A stretch of DNA of 63,952 bases, the filler included, from Hyphochytrium catenoides (taxonomy: Eukaryota > Protista > Hyphochytriomycota): assembly GCA_900088475.1 (NCBI GenBank). It is 10 parts of 10 records of this genome, joined end to end, with 100 filler letters (N's around TTAATTAATTAA, not from the genome) between each part and the next. Parts side by side here need not be neighbours in the genome. Positions count along the whole stretch, not along the records: positions 16,860 to 43,274 come from FLMG01002936.1; positions 43,375 to 47,169 come from FLMG01003401.1; positions 47,270 to 50,571 come from FLMG01003730.1; 7 more parts are not named here. One strand, 5' to 3'. Below are positions 36,869 through 49,152 of the stretch, piece by piece. Position 1 is the stretch's first letter; each line of letters begins with the position of its first letter. Made by a program: the position numbers and the translations under genes. A model generated the notes under the pieces. That model had not been told where the DNA came from, searched no databases, and saw nothing but the letters and a program-made list of their open reading frames with translations.

Positions 36869-37786
36869 ATGGATCCGTTGGGCACTATGCACTCAAGCCC
36901 ATCGGAGGTTGTTCCGGGATTACTTTATATTGGCTCAAAAGGTATAATGCTTCTGGCGGTTAGGGGTCGAAGACTGACTTTATCTTTTGTCGTGCTATAG
37001 CTCTCTAGATGCTGGCTCGCTCGCTTTCCTTCCTGTGTGTCGGACTTCCCTCTTCTCTCTTTCTCTCATTCTCTCTCTATACTTTTACTATGACTATACC
37101 TGATGCTTCAGTCATCCCTTTCGCTGCACTTCTTCAATGGTCATTATCATTGTGTATTCTTCAAATTATACATTGACGAGTTCAGGTCTGCACTTGCCTG
37201 CTTAGTCGTCTAGTAGAGCATCATGGTTCTCACATTACTTTGTTGGCCCTTTCTTTCCACAGCTAATGCGCAGAACAGGCCTCTTCTGGACAAGCTTGGG
37301 ATCACACACATTCTCAATGTAACGCCAGATATGCCCAACTCCTTCGAGACCGAGGGTCCGCTGGGGAAAGCACTAACTTATTTAAGAGTGGAGTTTGACG
37401 ATCAGTGCCACGATGCGCGCCTCTTGGGCTGCATTCCCCTGGCTGTGGATTTTATTGAGAAGGCAAGGCGAGAGGGGGGAAAAGTCCTAGCCCATTGCTA
37501 TCTAGGAGTGAGCCGGAGCCCAGCTCTCGTTATGGGCTATCTCATTTCTAGAGGATACACACTGCAGAAGGCCTGTGAGCATATCAAGAACGTGAGGTCT
37601 GCCTCTCAACCCAACCTGGGATTCTTTGAGCAGCTCATGATCTACGAGAAGCAAGAAACTGGCAAATTGTCGGTAGAGCTGACAGACTTCAGTCGTTATT
37701 TCAACGTTGGCTACCTAAATGGAGACGTAGTCTTTGACAGTATCCTAGAAGACTATAAGTTTGATGACGTCTGTGTCATCTGCTAG
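36869..37786 (+). CDS. Atypical dual-specificity phosphatase; exons 36869-36941 and 37263-37786
   Basis: PSEVVPGLLYIGS, GITHILNVT, catalytic VLAHCYLGVSRS, VMGYL, PNLGFFEQL; ends CVIC*. Confidence 0.93.
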
Positions 37787-38373
37787 CGCCGCTCACTTGG
37801 TGGTAGTAGTAGGCTCCACAAGGTTTTCTCTTCCCAAGAGAAGTAAGGACCCTAGTGCTGCTGGGCCTTCTTGAGCCCGTAGACATATTTAATACTCCGT
37901 ATTTATTTGTGACTATACTGGTTAAAATTATAGAGATCAGCCAGCACTTCTGTTGTGCCAAGGAAATATGTTGTGCCAAGGACATCGTCTCTTACGCCCC
38001 GCCGCCGTCTCAAAGAAAGATGGATAGACAAGAGACTCATCGGCAACATGACCTGAGAGAGGACATTGGCCCCTGTCTGAAATAGAGAATAACAAATCTT
38101 CACGAGCAGCTTCTGAAGACTCAGAAAGACAAAGGCCCAACAACCAGCACGCAGTCAGTCGAAGCTCCCGATAGTAGTGTTGGATACAATGCATAATATC
38201 ATGGAAGTGATAACAGATATTCTATGTATTGGATAGAAAGGGATGATCTTCTCGTACGAGAAGCTGCTCGCTCTACTGACAGCATCCGAACAAGCCGGAG
38301 AAGAAGAGGTCAAAGAAGAATATCTTCGTGCTAGCGCTTTCTAATAAAAGGCGGTCCTATCCCTCTTCAACAT

Positions 38374-40119
38374 CTATGCTGATGATGCGAGGACAACTGC
38401 GGGTGGCACCCAGGCCTTGGTCAAAACAGTCTGCTCTGGCGAGTAGAGCCGGAGAGTGAGGCAAAAGCTCTTCGATTGTGGCGTCGGTAGCCAGTTCGAG
38501 GCTTTCCTGCTGTCAGCAGGTGCGTTTGGCTGGAACAGTAACTGCAGCGATCCATCGGTCTCTGTCGTCAGCGAGGTCTGGCTTGAGACAACATACTTCT
38601 TTTGAGGGTTCTCCACAAGGAATCCCTCGTTGTCATACAATGTCACAGACCAGAAAGCGGAGACTGGCGGGAACAGACCCTTCTTGAATGTCAGACGGTA
38701 GCTCTTACTTCCCTCGAGCATGGCCCCGGACTGGTCAGTACAGGCAGTCGGATAGAGCGCATCCTCAGGAAGGTTTGCGCCAATCCCTGTGAGTGCAACT
38801 GCTGCACGGAGATTGTAATTCACGCCATAGTTGCCCATTCCTTCGATAGCGAGTCTCCAGCCATTAATGCTCTCTCCAATGGACTTTGACAGGTCAACGA
38901 TCTTCTGGTTGGCTCTTCGAGGAGTGGAGAGGATGGCTCCCAGAGCCCGAATTGACGGTCTGTACTGCCCACATGGCTTGAACCCAATGCTCTCAAACTG
39001 CTTCAAGGCAGGAGCGTCTGCTGCAAAGGCGGGATTGTCGCACATGAGGAAGGACAGCAACAGGAAGAACTGATTTCCGCTAAGGCCTGAGACAAGCCCC
39101 GGCACCGTGACATCTCCACCAACAGCAGTTTCAGATGTACGCTTTGGCCTGCGGCTGAGCTGTTGCCTGGCGACGCGGGTTTGATGCTGCCACATCTGAG
39201 TAGCAATGGCATTTCGAGAGGTGGTTGATGTGCTCTCTCGTTTGTTGATGACCTGTAGAGAGTACTTATCTTGGATGTCATGTGCCTGCTGGTAGCCAGC
39301 CGACGTGGAGTTGGACACCAGGGTGCGGCCGAGGATCCAGACCAGATTCGTGGGACTGTACAGAGCCTTTGATCCTGGAATGGGTGCATCACTTCTATCC
39401 TTGGGACCCAAGATCGTATATCTTTGGGCGCCGGTGCCGGTTGTGCGAGCTCCAGGGTTCGCGAAGACATTTGTCCAGCCATCCAGCATTTGCATGAGGA
39501 AGTACTGCCCTTGCGTGTCAGGAATGTTCAGCACAATGGGGCCCTTAGAGAGATCCAGGAAAGCGACAGAGTAGAGAGTGTCCAGATTCGGACGAACCAC
39601 GGTCTTATCAGAAGGAGAAGGAAAGGTCCTCGCGTGCAGGAAAGTGTTGGTGGAAGCATTGTTGCCCAGGATAAACAGAAGCTCCGAGAACTTCATGGCG
39701 AGCAGCGGGTAGCCGTAGATATAAGCAGCTTCTGCATCTCTCGTCACGTTGCCTGCGTCCTGCTGGAGAGGAGAAGAAGGCGCCCGCTGCAGTTGAGGCA
39801 ATAGCGGGCTAAGGGCTTCAGTTGGACTACTGCCGATGATCGCTGCAGGGCTGGTGCCTGTGCAGGTATAAAAGAGAGAAGATAAATGAGATGAGAAGAA
39901 CACACCTTTTACTAAGCAGTAACGAGACGAGCAATAGAGCAAACAAAGAAGGGACCGCTACAGTCTTGCTGGTGGTAAGAGAGGCCAGGAGACATGCTGT
40001 CAGTAGGGAGAGAAGAGCGATTAGAGAAGAAGAAACAAACCTTCAGCAGCACTGAGGTAATAAGGGAGAAACAATCCTAAGATTGAGATCCCTGTAGTAG
40101 TAGCGATCCGTAGCTTCAT
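38374..40119 (-). CDS. Secreted DUF1254 + DUF1214 domain protein; exons 40119-40041 and 39857-38374
   Basis: Signal peptide MKLRIATTTGISILGLFLPYYLSAA; AYIYGYPL, VVRPNLDTLYSVAFLDL..GP, QMLDGWTN, GNYG.NY..RA, GANLPEDALYP, PPVSAFWSVTLYD, NWLPTP, LTLRLY. Confidence 0.92.
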
Positions 40120-40919
40120 GATGATGCTCTAGCTTCTTCCTTCTCGTTGTCTCGAGGTTTTACACTGCCAGGATGCAGAGAAGAGTAGCAACTAACGCCT
40201 CTTCAATCAACAGTGCTGCGCGTATGAACTGGAGAATATACTTGGCGATGAGTGAAGGTCGGGACACCGGGTGCGCGAGCTGGGCTGATGCAGTGATCCA
40301 AGGAAGGAATGATTGATTGTGAGGCATCGCCCAGAAGCTGTCGAGAAGGGAGTGACCTGCATACCTCTACCAGGGGTTTATCTTCCTACATCGAGTGGTA
40401 GAGCTGTACCCACCACATCAGCAGTAGCGGCAGAAGAGGGAGGAACGCTCAGAAAGAGTCATCAGTAGCAATGGGATCAAGCCGCAGTCACATCAGGTCG
40501 TTATCCAAGGGGTCAGAGGAAAGACATGGGTTGCGTACCGCTGGCTATGATAACGTGGAGGAAGAGAGAGAGACACAACCAACAGAGAAAGAGAGAGAGA
40601 ACGAAGGAGAAAGGATCAACATTGGCTGTTATTCCCAGAGTTCTATACAACTTTATACAAAGATGAAGCCATCTCTTACTTTTTCGACAGCATGAATTTA
40701 TGGCATGAGAAGGGCAGTACTTCTTGCGAGAAGAGGGAGAAAGGACTACGAGGAGGCCAATATTGGCAGAAGAATGACTAGGAAGAAAAAGAAGAAGAGG
40801 GGACACATGATGTGCATGTGGGCCGTATTCGCCCTTCCTCTCCCCATTCGCTGCCCTTGCCCCTCAGTCGTTCTAGGATCGATCTAGTCAGTCGGCCTGC
40901 TTTAAACAACATGGTCAGA

Positions 40920-43170
40920 GGAGAGCCACGCCTACGCAGTCACACAAGGGTCTCCTCCCCTGGCCTTTATTTCTACTCGTCAATCCACCTTGCCGTCAGC
41001 AGAAGAAGCGTCAACCGGTGCATTGGTTGATTTCCTTCTTCAGCAGGATTTTGTTCTGTTTTCTCACCGGTGGTGGCACGACCAGGCCAGAAGCTCAGCT
41101 CATCATTCAAGCGACCCAGCAACGTATTAAGGTGAGGGTCTTGCATGTTTGCATCCACCAAGGAGCTAGTTCTACCTGGGCTTGCCACATCGTCGGCACG
41201 CATTATCAGACCACGCAGTCGTCTAGAGGACCTATCTAGGGAGGACTAAGATTTAGATATTTCTATTGATGAAAGGCTGTTGTCGCCTGTCTCACCTTGC
41301 AGCTTCTTCTTTACCAGCCTCATACTTATTAGTTCATACTACTGGTGGGTTAGGCCGACTGGTGGGTTAGGCCGAGGCTCTAGCGGCCGGTTGCCCTATT
41401 ACCCTTGCGTTGTTCCCTCTACTGAATGCCGCGTCCTACGTTTACTTCGCATCGTAGTGTTCAGAAAAGTGTACAGTGCCAGCCAAGCTCCTCTTCTCAG
41501 ACAAATTCTTATTCTTCTACCAGAACCTGCCACCATCGCTGTTACTTTCTACTATCTGCTGCGGTCCCATCAATGTTTCCACTTCGGCCGAGGTCTCTAG
41601 GTAAAGGACAAGGAGTAGCCCGTCAGTCAATCCATCATTAAAGAAGAGGACCATGTCTTCTACTATTATGAGCAGGAGGTTGATAACTGACTGATCAGAG
41701 AGGATGATGAAGAAATGATGAAGAAGATGATCGCTCGCTGGTGAATGGTGGGGTGGTGAAGCAAACGACGCCAAAGCGCAGTGAGCAGTCAGTCGTCGTC
41801 GTGCCTTTCGTGAGGTGGCGAAGGATGAATGAGGAAGAGGGCAGTATGATTGGACAGAACATGAGCAGCATCGCTAGAAAATCTGTCAGAGATGTGAAGA
41901 AGCCTTTCTTGCCAGGATACATAACAAGAAAGTTCTTCTCTCCTTGACTACTAGTTCGGCAAACAGGCAGCGTGGTCAGGTTCACTGCGCTCTTAGAGCA
42001 GATGAAGGCGGGCAGGAGGAACTTCTTTAGACTCCGACCTTCCTCAGCCCTTCACGGCTTCTTCATAGCGCACTCTGCCCGTCTTCCAACTGGTCACGTC
42101 AGCATGTTCTGTGGAAGCAGTCTCAAAAGTCATCCCTCAGCCAAGCGCCAAGTGGCGCCGATGATTTGTCTTTCAGAATGTGCGGCGAAAAATCAATCGT
42201 CAGGGACACAAGCAGTGATAAATCAGTTTATAGCTAATTTGATAACTAGATTGGAGTTGAGTCTGCCTTTCGCCGCTAACGGCTAGCTCAAGGCGCCAGA
42301 TATGGATGATGGAGCTCATCAGAGATGAAGATCTGAGAGCCAACCAAAGCGCCACAGCGACCCATCATTCCTAGTCATAGAGGCGGCTTGGCGCTTGGCA
42401 CTTGGCAGCATGATGAAGGCGCTGGCGCTCACAGGGAATCGTGCTCAATGACTTTCACATTTGCACATTTCCACTGTGGTCAGCCCGACCTTAAATCTTC
42501 CTGCCAAAGTTCATGCTTCCTCTGCGATGACTCTTAGGTCCTGGCAATGTGTAGAAGTTTGATGATATCGTGGCTCTACGCTGCTCCAACTATAGAATAC
42601 TTCAGACACGAGAGAGCGAGAGACGAATTGTGAAGGAGTTATTAGGAAGAGAGCTAGAATGGCCCTAGAGAATAGTTGCCTGTCAGCGCCAGCTTTATGG
42701 GGCCGCTGGTCTAATACTTATGCCAAACGACAAACCCTGTTCTTCAATCTCAAACGAAAGCTTTATTGCCTCCGTTACTCTTTCAACCCTCAGCCATTAC
42801 TATAGGCACAAATGTATTCAGTGCAAGATTCTCCTGCTTGCATTGAACGGCAGTTGCCTTAGATCAATAACTCGCGCTTCTTTCCGATGACGTCTGTACC
42901 CCAAGCTGTCATCGCTGTTCTGGCGCGATACATGCCTTCCCACTCCTTCTGCTTCGAGTCCTTTGTCTTTGATCCTTCCTCTAGTTTGGAGAAGTAGAGG
43001 GTCAGGCTTACATTCCTATAGGTAGCTTGCCGTAGAGTAAGGACACAGGGACCAGTTATCGCGTACGTCTCCCACTCCAAGATTGCTGTCCTTGAGGCTC
43101 GAGCTTGCTCAACTCCTCTCCTCGAATTACCTAGAACATGACCTGGCAAGATTGTGGCCCAAATCAACAT
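40920..43170 (-). mobile_element. Decayed repeat tract including a possible Ty1/copia gag remnant
   Basis: Stop-riddled frames; KEWEGMYRAR...KKRELL..MQAGESCTEYI at ~42810-42950 resembles copia gag (MxxGESxxxY); a 17-bp tandem duplication at 41341-41374. Confidence 0.3.
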
Positions 43171-43789
43171 CCTCTACTCACTTCTGCATCCCCGCTCGTC
43201 ATTAATCGATAAAAGCGTGTTCTCTTTTTGGTTCGTGCTGTCTTATGCCTACTCTCATAGAGAGGGAAGGCGAGNNNNNNNNNNNNNNNNNNNNNNNNNN
43301 NNNNNNNNNNNNNNNNNNTTAATTAATTAANNNNNNNNNNNNNNNNNNNNNNNNNNNNNNNNNNNNNNNNNNNNAGCAGTCTCTCTCTTTCTTTCTTCTT
43401 CGGCTTTATCTTCATTCTCTTCTATTATAGGGAAGAAAAGAAGAAGAGAAAGTGAGAGAGAAAGCGGGGAACGTTTTGAGGGCGAAAGATAAGAGAGACA
43501 AGGAGAGACAAACAAAGAGAGAGAAGAGAGGAGAAGAAACAGAGCGAGGGGATAAAGAGAAAGGGCAGAGAGAGACAAACGGGGCAAGAGACGGAGGAGA
43601 AGGTGGCGAAAGACGATATAGAAGTAGGAAAGATTGACGTAAGTGTGTGTGTGTGTCTGAGAGAGAGAGAGGATCCAAGAATGTCATCAGCAAGCAAACC
43701 AACAAGCGCTGAAGGAAAGGAAAGCGCAACCAGAAGTTTGGGCCAAAGAAGAAGAGGGNNNNNNNNNNNAGAGAGAGAGAGAGAGGAAG

Positions 43790-43837
<48 letters not shown>

Positions 43838-43926
43838 TTGAGAAAGAAAGAGAGACACAGAGACAGAGAGAGAGGAAGAGGAAGAGAGATTGAGATGAAG
43901 ACAAGTACAGATAAAGATTTCCGAAC

Positions 43927-44539
43927 CTGCTGTGGCAGACGATCCTCCTCCGTTTGCCTGTGTGGAGCCAATGGTAGGAATGGAAGCAGCTTCTCCTCTC
44001 TCTTCCTGTCCTGTCTCTCTCTTTCCGTCTTCTTCCTCGATGGTGCTCTCTCTTCTCTCTTCTCCTCCGCCTGTCCCTTGATGAGAGTCCATCTCATCTA
44101 ACGCAGCTTCTACTGCTGCCAGGAGAGAGTCTCTCTGGGAGATGGTCTTACTTGTTTGCACAGCAGTCGGCGGCTTCTCTCTCTTCTTCTCTTCTCTCTC
44201 CATTTCATCTACCTTCTCCTCTCCTATAGTTTTACTCTGAACATTCTCTCTCTTCTCTCCTCTCTCCTCTTCCGTTTCGTTTTTCTCTTCTCTCCCTTCC
44301 TCTCTCCTCTCCGTAGCCGCTGCCGCGTACACAGAGAGCCCTCTCTCTTTCTCTCCTTCTCCCTCTTCATTTTCCTCGACCTGAGGCTGCTGGGTCACGA
44401 GGTTTCCGTCAGGGAGAGAGGAAGTTGTCTCTGTGGGAAAGAACTTTTCTTCCGCCAGAATGACGGTTCTGAGCCCTATGAAAGCGGGGAGAAGAGAGAG
44501 AAAAGAGTTAGATGTATGTGTGAGAGAGAGAGGGAGAAA

Positions 44540-44581
<42 letters not shown>

Positions 44582-46680
44582 GAAAGAAAGAAAGAGAAAG
44601 AGACAGAGAGATAGAACGATAAGATAAAGAAGAGGGAGAGAGAGACAAAGATACGTAGAGAAAAAGGGGTAGAGAGACACAGAGGACTCTGGCAAGTTAA
44701 GAGAGGGAGACAGCAGAGGGTTGAAACAAAGAAGAGATGAGTTACAGAAGTGAAAGAGACAAACAAGCAGCGACAGGCAAGGAAGAAAGAAAGACAGAGA
44801 AAAGCGTGAGAGAGAGAGACAGACAGACACAGAGAGAGAGAAAGAAGAGAGAGAGAGAGAGAAGAGGAAAAGCAAGAGAGAGAGAAATAGACACGCGAGA
44901 GAAATAGACACGCGACGGAAGAGAAAGGAGACACGAACGAATGGAGACACGAGAGAGAAAGAGAGGAGAGAGAGAGACAGAGAGAGGGAGAGAAAGAGAG
45001 GCAGGAGATAGACAGAGAGAGAGACAGAGAAAGGCAGAGAGAGAGACAGAGAGAGGGAGAGAAAGAGAGACAGGAGATAGAAGAGAATGGAAAAGGGAAC
45101 AACTCAGGCAGAAGATAGAGGAGGAGAAGAGAGAGAGAGAGAATCGATGCAGAGGGAGCACCAACATTTTAGCTTGGTGTGCATCTCAACGAGTGTGGTC
45201 TTAGATTCTTTGTACTCTTCCAGGAGCTGGTGCTCCGCCGGACCCAGCCGAAGATTGTCTGGACGGTTACCNNNNNNNNNNNNNNNNNNNNNNNNNNNNN
45301 NNNNNNNNNNNNNNNNNNNNNNNNNNNNNNNNNNNNNNNNNNNNNNNNNNNNNNNNNNNNNNNNNNNNNNNNNNNNNNNNNNNNNNNNNNNNNNNNNNNN
45401 NNNNNNNNNNNNNNNNAGAGAGAAGAGAGAGAAGAGAGAGAAGAGAGAGAGAAAAAGGACAGAGAGAGAGAGAGAAAGGACAAAGAGAGAGGAGGATAAA
45501 AAGCGAGTGAGAAGAGAGAGAGATGCTAGCAAAGGTAAGACAAGAAGCAGAGAGAGAGAGAGGATAGTATGTCCATAAGGATGATTGATTGGGGACAAAA
45601 CGGAGTACCCGGCAACAAACAAACAAAGAGAAAGAGAGAGAGAGAGAGAGAGAGTATTGACCTGCTTCTTTCTCTCTCTTTGTTCCTCGTAGCAGGCGTA
45701 GTACTGGACTCCGACCATGGTCAGGGGCATTGCCATATAGAAAGTCCCTACGACCATCGCCATGCACGCGATCACCTTCCCCGCAGCTGTCAGGGGGACA
45801 ACGTCACCGTAGCCCACAGTTGTAATCCTGAAGGGGAGAGAGAGAGATAGAGAGAGAGAAGAGAGAGAGAAAGAAAGAAAGGGAGAGAGAGAGAGGGAGG
45901 GAGGGAGAGAGAGAGAGAGAGAAAGAGAGNNNNNNNNNNNNNNNNNNNNNNNNNNNNNNNNNNNNNNNNNNNNNNNNNNNNNNNNNNNNNNNNNNGAGAG
46001 AGAGAGAGACAGAGAGAGAGAGAGAAAGAGAAAGGAAGAGAGACAGAGAGAGAAAGGAAGAGAGAGAGAGAGGGGAGAAAGAGAGAGAGAATGAGAATGG
46101 AAGAGAGAGTTAAGAACGAGAGAGAAAAAAGGGAGAGAGACGAAGAGAGCGCGATGGAGAGTGGGACAGAAGAGGGAAAGAGTATTGAGGATGGAGTAAA
46201 AGGGAAGGGCAGGAGACAACAAGTAGGTAAGAAGACCGAACACTGAAAAGAGAGACATAGAGAGAGAGAGCCAGGGAGAGAGAGACTGGGATTATTTTTC
46301 GAGGAGGGTCAAATAGACAGGCAGGAAAGAAGAGCGGACGGAGTCAGAAAACACGAGAGAGACGGAGAGAAAGAGAGACAAAGAGGGAGAGAAAGAGGGA
46401 GAGAAAGAGGGAGAGAAAGAGAGAGAGATCTCTTACGTCGTGATGGAGAACCAAAGAGACACCACCATATTGGGGACAAGAGAGAGCTTCTTATGTCCTA
46501 CGCCGTCTGCCAACAGCAATCTCTTCCCCGAGGGAAACTCATCAGAAGCCAGAGCGATCAAAGCATCGCAGCTTTCGTTTCCTGCGCCACCACCGACGAC
46601 ACACTCTGTTCCTTGCTCGAAGTAGAAGAGAAAGCCGGCAAAGAACTGGACCAGGACGTAAAGGACGAAGAGCTGTATGC

Positions 46681-46711
<31 letters not shown>

Positions 46712-46978
46712 AGGGAAAACGAGGAGTCGAGAGAGAGAGATGTCAGGGACAGAGACACTTACAGAGGAACAAAGGATGGGAAGAGAGACACAGTGAGTGA
46801 GAGAGAAGGTGGTGACAGACACGCATATAGAGGATGAGAGAGAGAGACCAAGAGAGAGAGAGACAGAGGGAGATAGAGAGAGGAGAGAAGGAGAAGAAAG
46901 AGATTATCTAACCGGAACCATGAGCCGCCGCCAGCAGACTTTGAAGGTAGTCACAATGAGCTTCACGTCCTTGAAGTG
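43927..46978 (-). CDS. Voltage-gated-type potassium channel, partial (S4-S5 linker, S5, pore, S6, C-terminus)
   Basis: SLWFSITT|ITTVGYGDVVP (filter at 45803-45823), AGKVIACMAMVVGTFYMAMPLTMVG S6; GT-AG exons. Confidence 0.92.
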
Positions 46979-47027
46979 CTGCAGGCGGGGCGGTGTTTCG
47001 GTGTTTAGTTTATCATCGACATAGAAT

Positions 47028-47073
<46 letters not shown>

Positions 47074-47489
47074 AAGAGAAAGAGAAAGAGAAATAGGGAT
47101 TGAGAAAGAAGAGAAGAAGAAGTTGTAGAAGACGAGAAAAGAGGAGACGTGAGGAAGAGAGAAATGTCGNNNNNNNNNNNNNNNNNNNNNNNNNNNNNNN
47201 NNNNNNNNNNNNNTTAATTAATTAANNNNNNNNNNNNNNNNNNNNNNNNNNNNNNNNNNNNNNNNNNNNCCATCATTAGGTGCACTTGCAGATTCTCGAG
47301 CCTTGGTAGGTGAGAAACGCATACACAGGAAGGAGAGAGAGAGAGAGAGAGAGTTGACGTCGTGAGACAAAGAGACTTAAAGGGCATAGATAAGCAGACA
47401 AGGGACATAGCGTGAGACAAGGCACACAAGAGAGACACAATGTAGCGAGGGTGAGGCACAGAGAAACAAGAGAGATCGGTGTACACTGG

Positions 47490-48419
47490 TCAATATTGGT
47501 GAGAGCAAAGCAATTTCAAAAGCTGTTGGCGAGGATTGGCAAGAGATCTCAGAATATCGGCAGAGTGCAATACGGAATGCGTGGTTGAGGAGGACTCTAT
47601 GGCAGGGGAAGATGGAGAAAGAGAGAGAGGCAAGCTGCAAGGGAAAATTTTGTCTACCACAAGCGATTCCAGTGCTCTATCAAAGTTACAAGCTGCTTTA
47701 CGGAACGCTTCCTGCAGGAGACAAGAAGCAGATGTCAGCTTGACTCCATCCATCAGTATATAGAAAAGAGACCTGCTCGAGCACATAGATAAGAGAAGAA
47801 GAAGAGCCCATCCTCCCACTGACAAAAAACTGTAGAAGCACAGAAGATTGAGATAAAGCGAGAGCGTTCCACTACAGAAAAGGTTATGAGATACGAGGGC
47901 CTCAGCTACCAGGAGGATATCGTGGGTAACCGATGGGAATAGCTCGGTCAGGGCCGCCAGCTCATCGTCGTATACACCGCCAGCAAGGATCTCCTGCGAC
48001 TCCGTCCGAGGGCGCTGTGCGGGAGAAGGCGAGCTTAGACCATTGCCCTCCGTTGGAGAATGTGACCTGTCTCTTTTCAGCGAAGAGCAGTTATCCTGGA
48101 GTACCTCGGGGTTGGACTGCCCAGCCTCCAGGATCAGGGAAGATGGGAGCAGGGCAGCAAGCCTCTCCATTGCAGCGTTAAAATCCATGTTGCATGCCTC
48201 AAAGGCCTCTTTAACGCTTTCTTCCTGCAGAGTTGAGCAGAGCAGTTCCAGCACTTCAGGGTCGACGGAAGGACTCCCTCCCCCATCCTGAATAGGAGCC
48301 AAAGGGCCCGACGTGCGAAAGGCGGAACCTCTGGTCCTCGATATTCCCACAGGGTCAGGTTTCTGAGCAGTCGAAGACTTTGGCGATGGGCCGGGCTTCT
48401 GCTTCTTCTTTCTAGGCAT
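47490..48419 (-). CDS. CUE/UBA-like ubiquitin-binding domain protein, N-terminal part (3' structure unresolved)
   Basis: MPRKKKQK start; ESVKEAFEACNMDFNAAMERL and ELAALTELFPSVTHDILL|EAFRKAACNFDRALESLV (FP motif) are two CUE-like units. Confidence 0.7.
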   Translation of the reverse strand: MPRKKKQKPGPSPKSSTAQKPDPVGISRTRGSAFRTSGPLAPIQDGGGSPSVDPEVLELLCSTLQEESVKEAFEACNMDFNAAMERLAALLPSSLILEAGQSNPEVLQDNCSSLKRDRSHSPTEGNGLSSPSPAQRPRTESQEILAGGVYDDELAALTELFPSVTHDILLVAEALVSHNLFCSGTLSLYLNLLCFYSFLSVGGWALLLLLSMCSSRSLFYILMDGVKLTSASCLLQEAFRKAACNFDRALESLVVDKIFPCSLPLSLSPSSPAIESSSTTHSVLHSADILRSLANPRQQLLKLLCSHQY

Positions 48420-49152
48420 CTCCTCAGTACGACCGGGCAGATGACTGAGCTCCGCACTTCAGTGTTCGCCTAGCTGTCCATGTGGTGCCTTTGATCTTAG
48501 GAGACTCTGGGCACCGTCCACCTCATGATCGTCCTCTCGTCTATGCCTCCTTCTTCTTCAGCAAATGAGATTCAGGGCATGTCATAGCTCAAAGCAGGCG
48601 AGTACCTTGCGGTGCTTCTCTTTCTCCCAAAAAGGCACTTCCAGCCTCACCCTCTCGGTTCTGGTTCTGTCTTTCAATAGTTCCTTTGATGTGCTTCCTG
48701 ACCGTCTGGCGGCAGTGTCTGAAGAGCCAAAAATGACTGGGAAAGGAGAGACAAGAAAGACAGCAGAAGAGCCAGAACGGGAGATAGCCGCTAACCGCCA
48801 TTATACAGGTCACGAAGAACGACATGGGTACAGCACGTACAGGGCAATGGCAGGGCAAGGGCAGTGCAAATAAACTTCACTAGACGGATTGTCTTCGTCA
48901 TTATCATCAGGCAGCGAGGCGTGAAGCTTTGTAAGAGGATAAGCCCAGGAAGGCCAGTCTATCACCTTGATTTTATAATAAATAGAGCCTAACCTTGTCA
49001 CCAGAACAGGGAATCGGACAGGAGTGGAGGAGGAGCAAGGAAGAACTCGAAAAGGAAGAAGGGAAGGAGAGACGAAGCAACAAAGAAGCAAGCACTTGAT
49101 GGGCAACCAGAAGCGACAGAAGAGAGAAAGAGGAGAACTGATCCAGCGCTCG

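Noticed and set aside
43412-46258. Very long ORF-track entries rich in SL/RE dipeptides (also 33372-34015, 13302-14026, 8319-8761 and others)
   Set aside because: Translations of (CT)n/(GA)n microsatellites, which lack stop codons; only the embedded exons are real.
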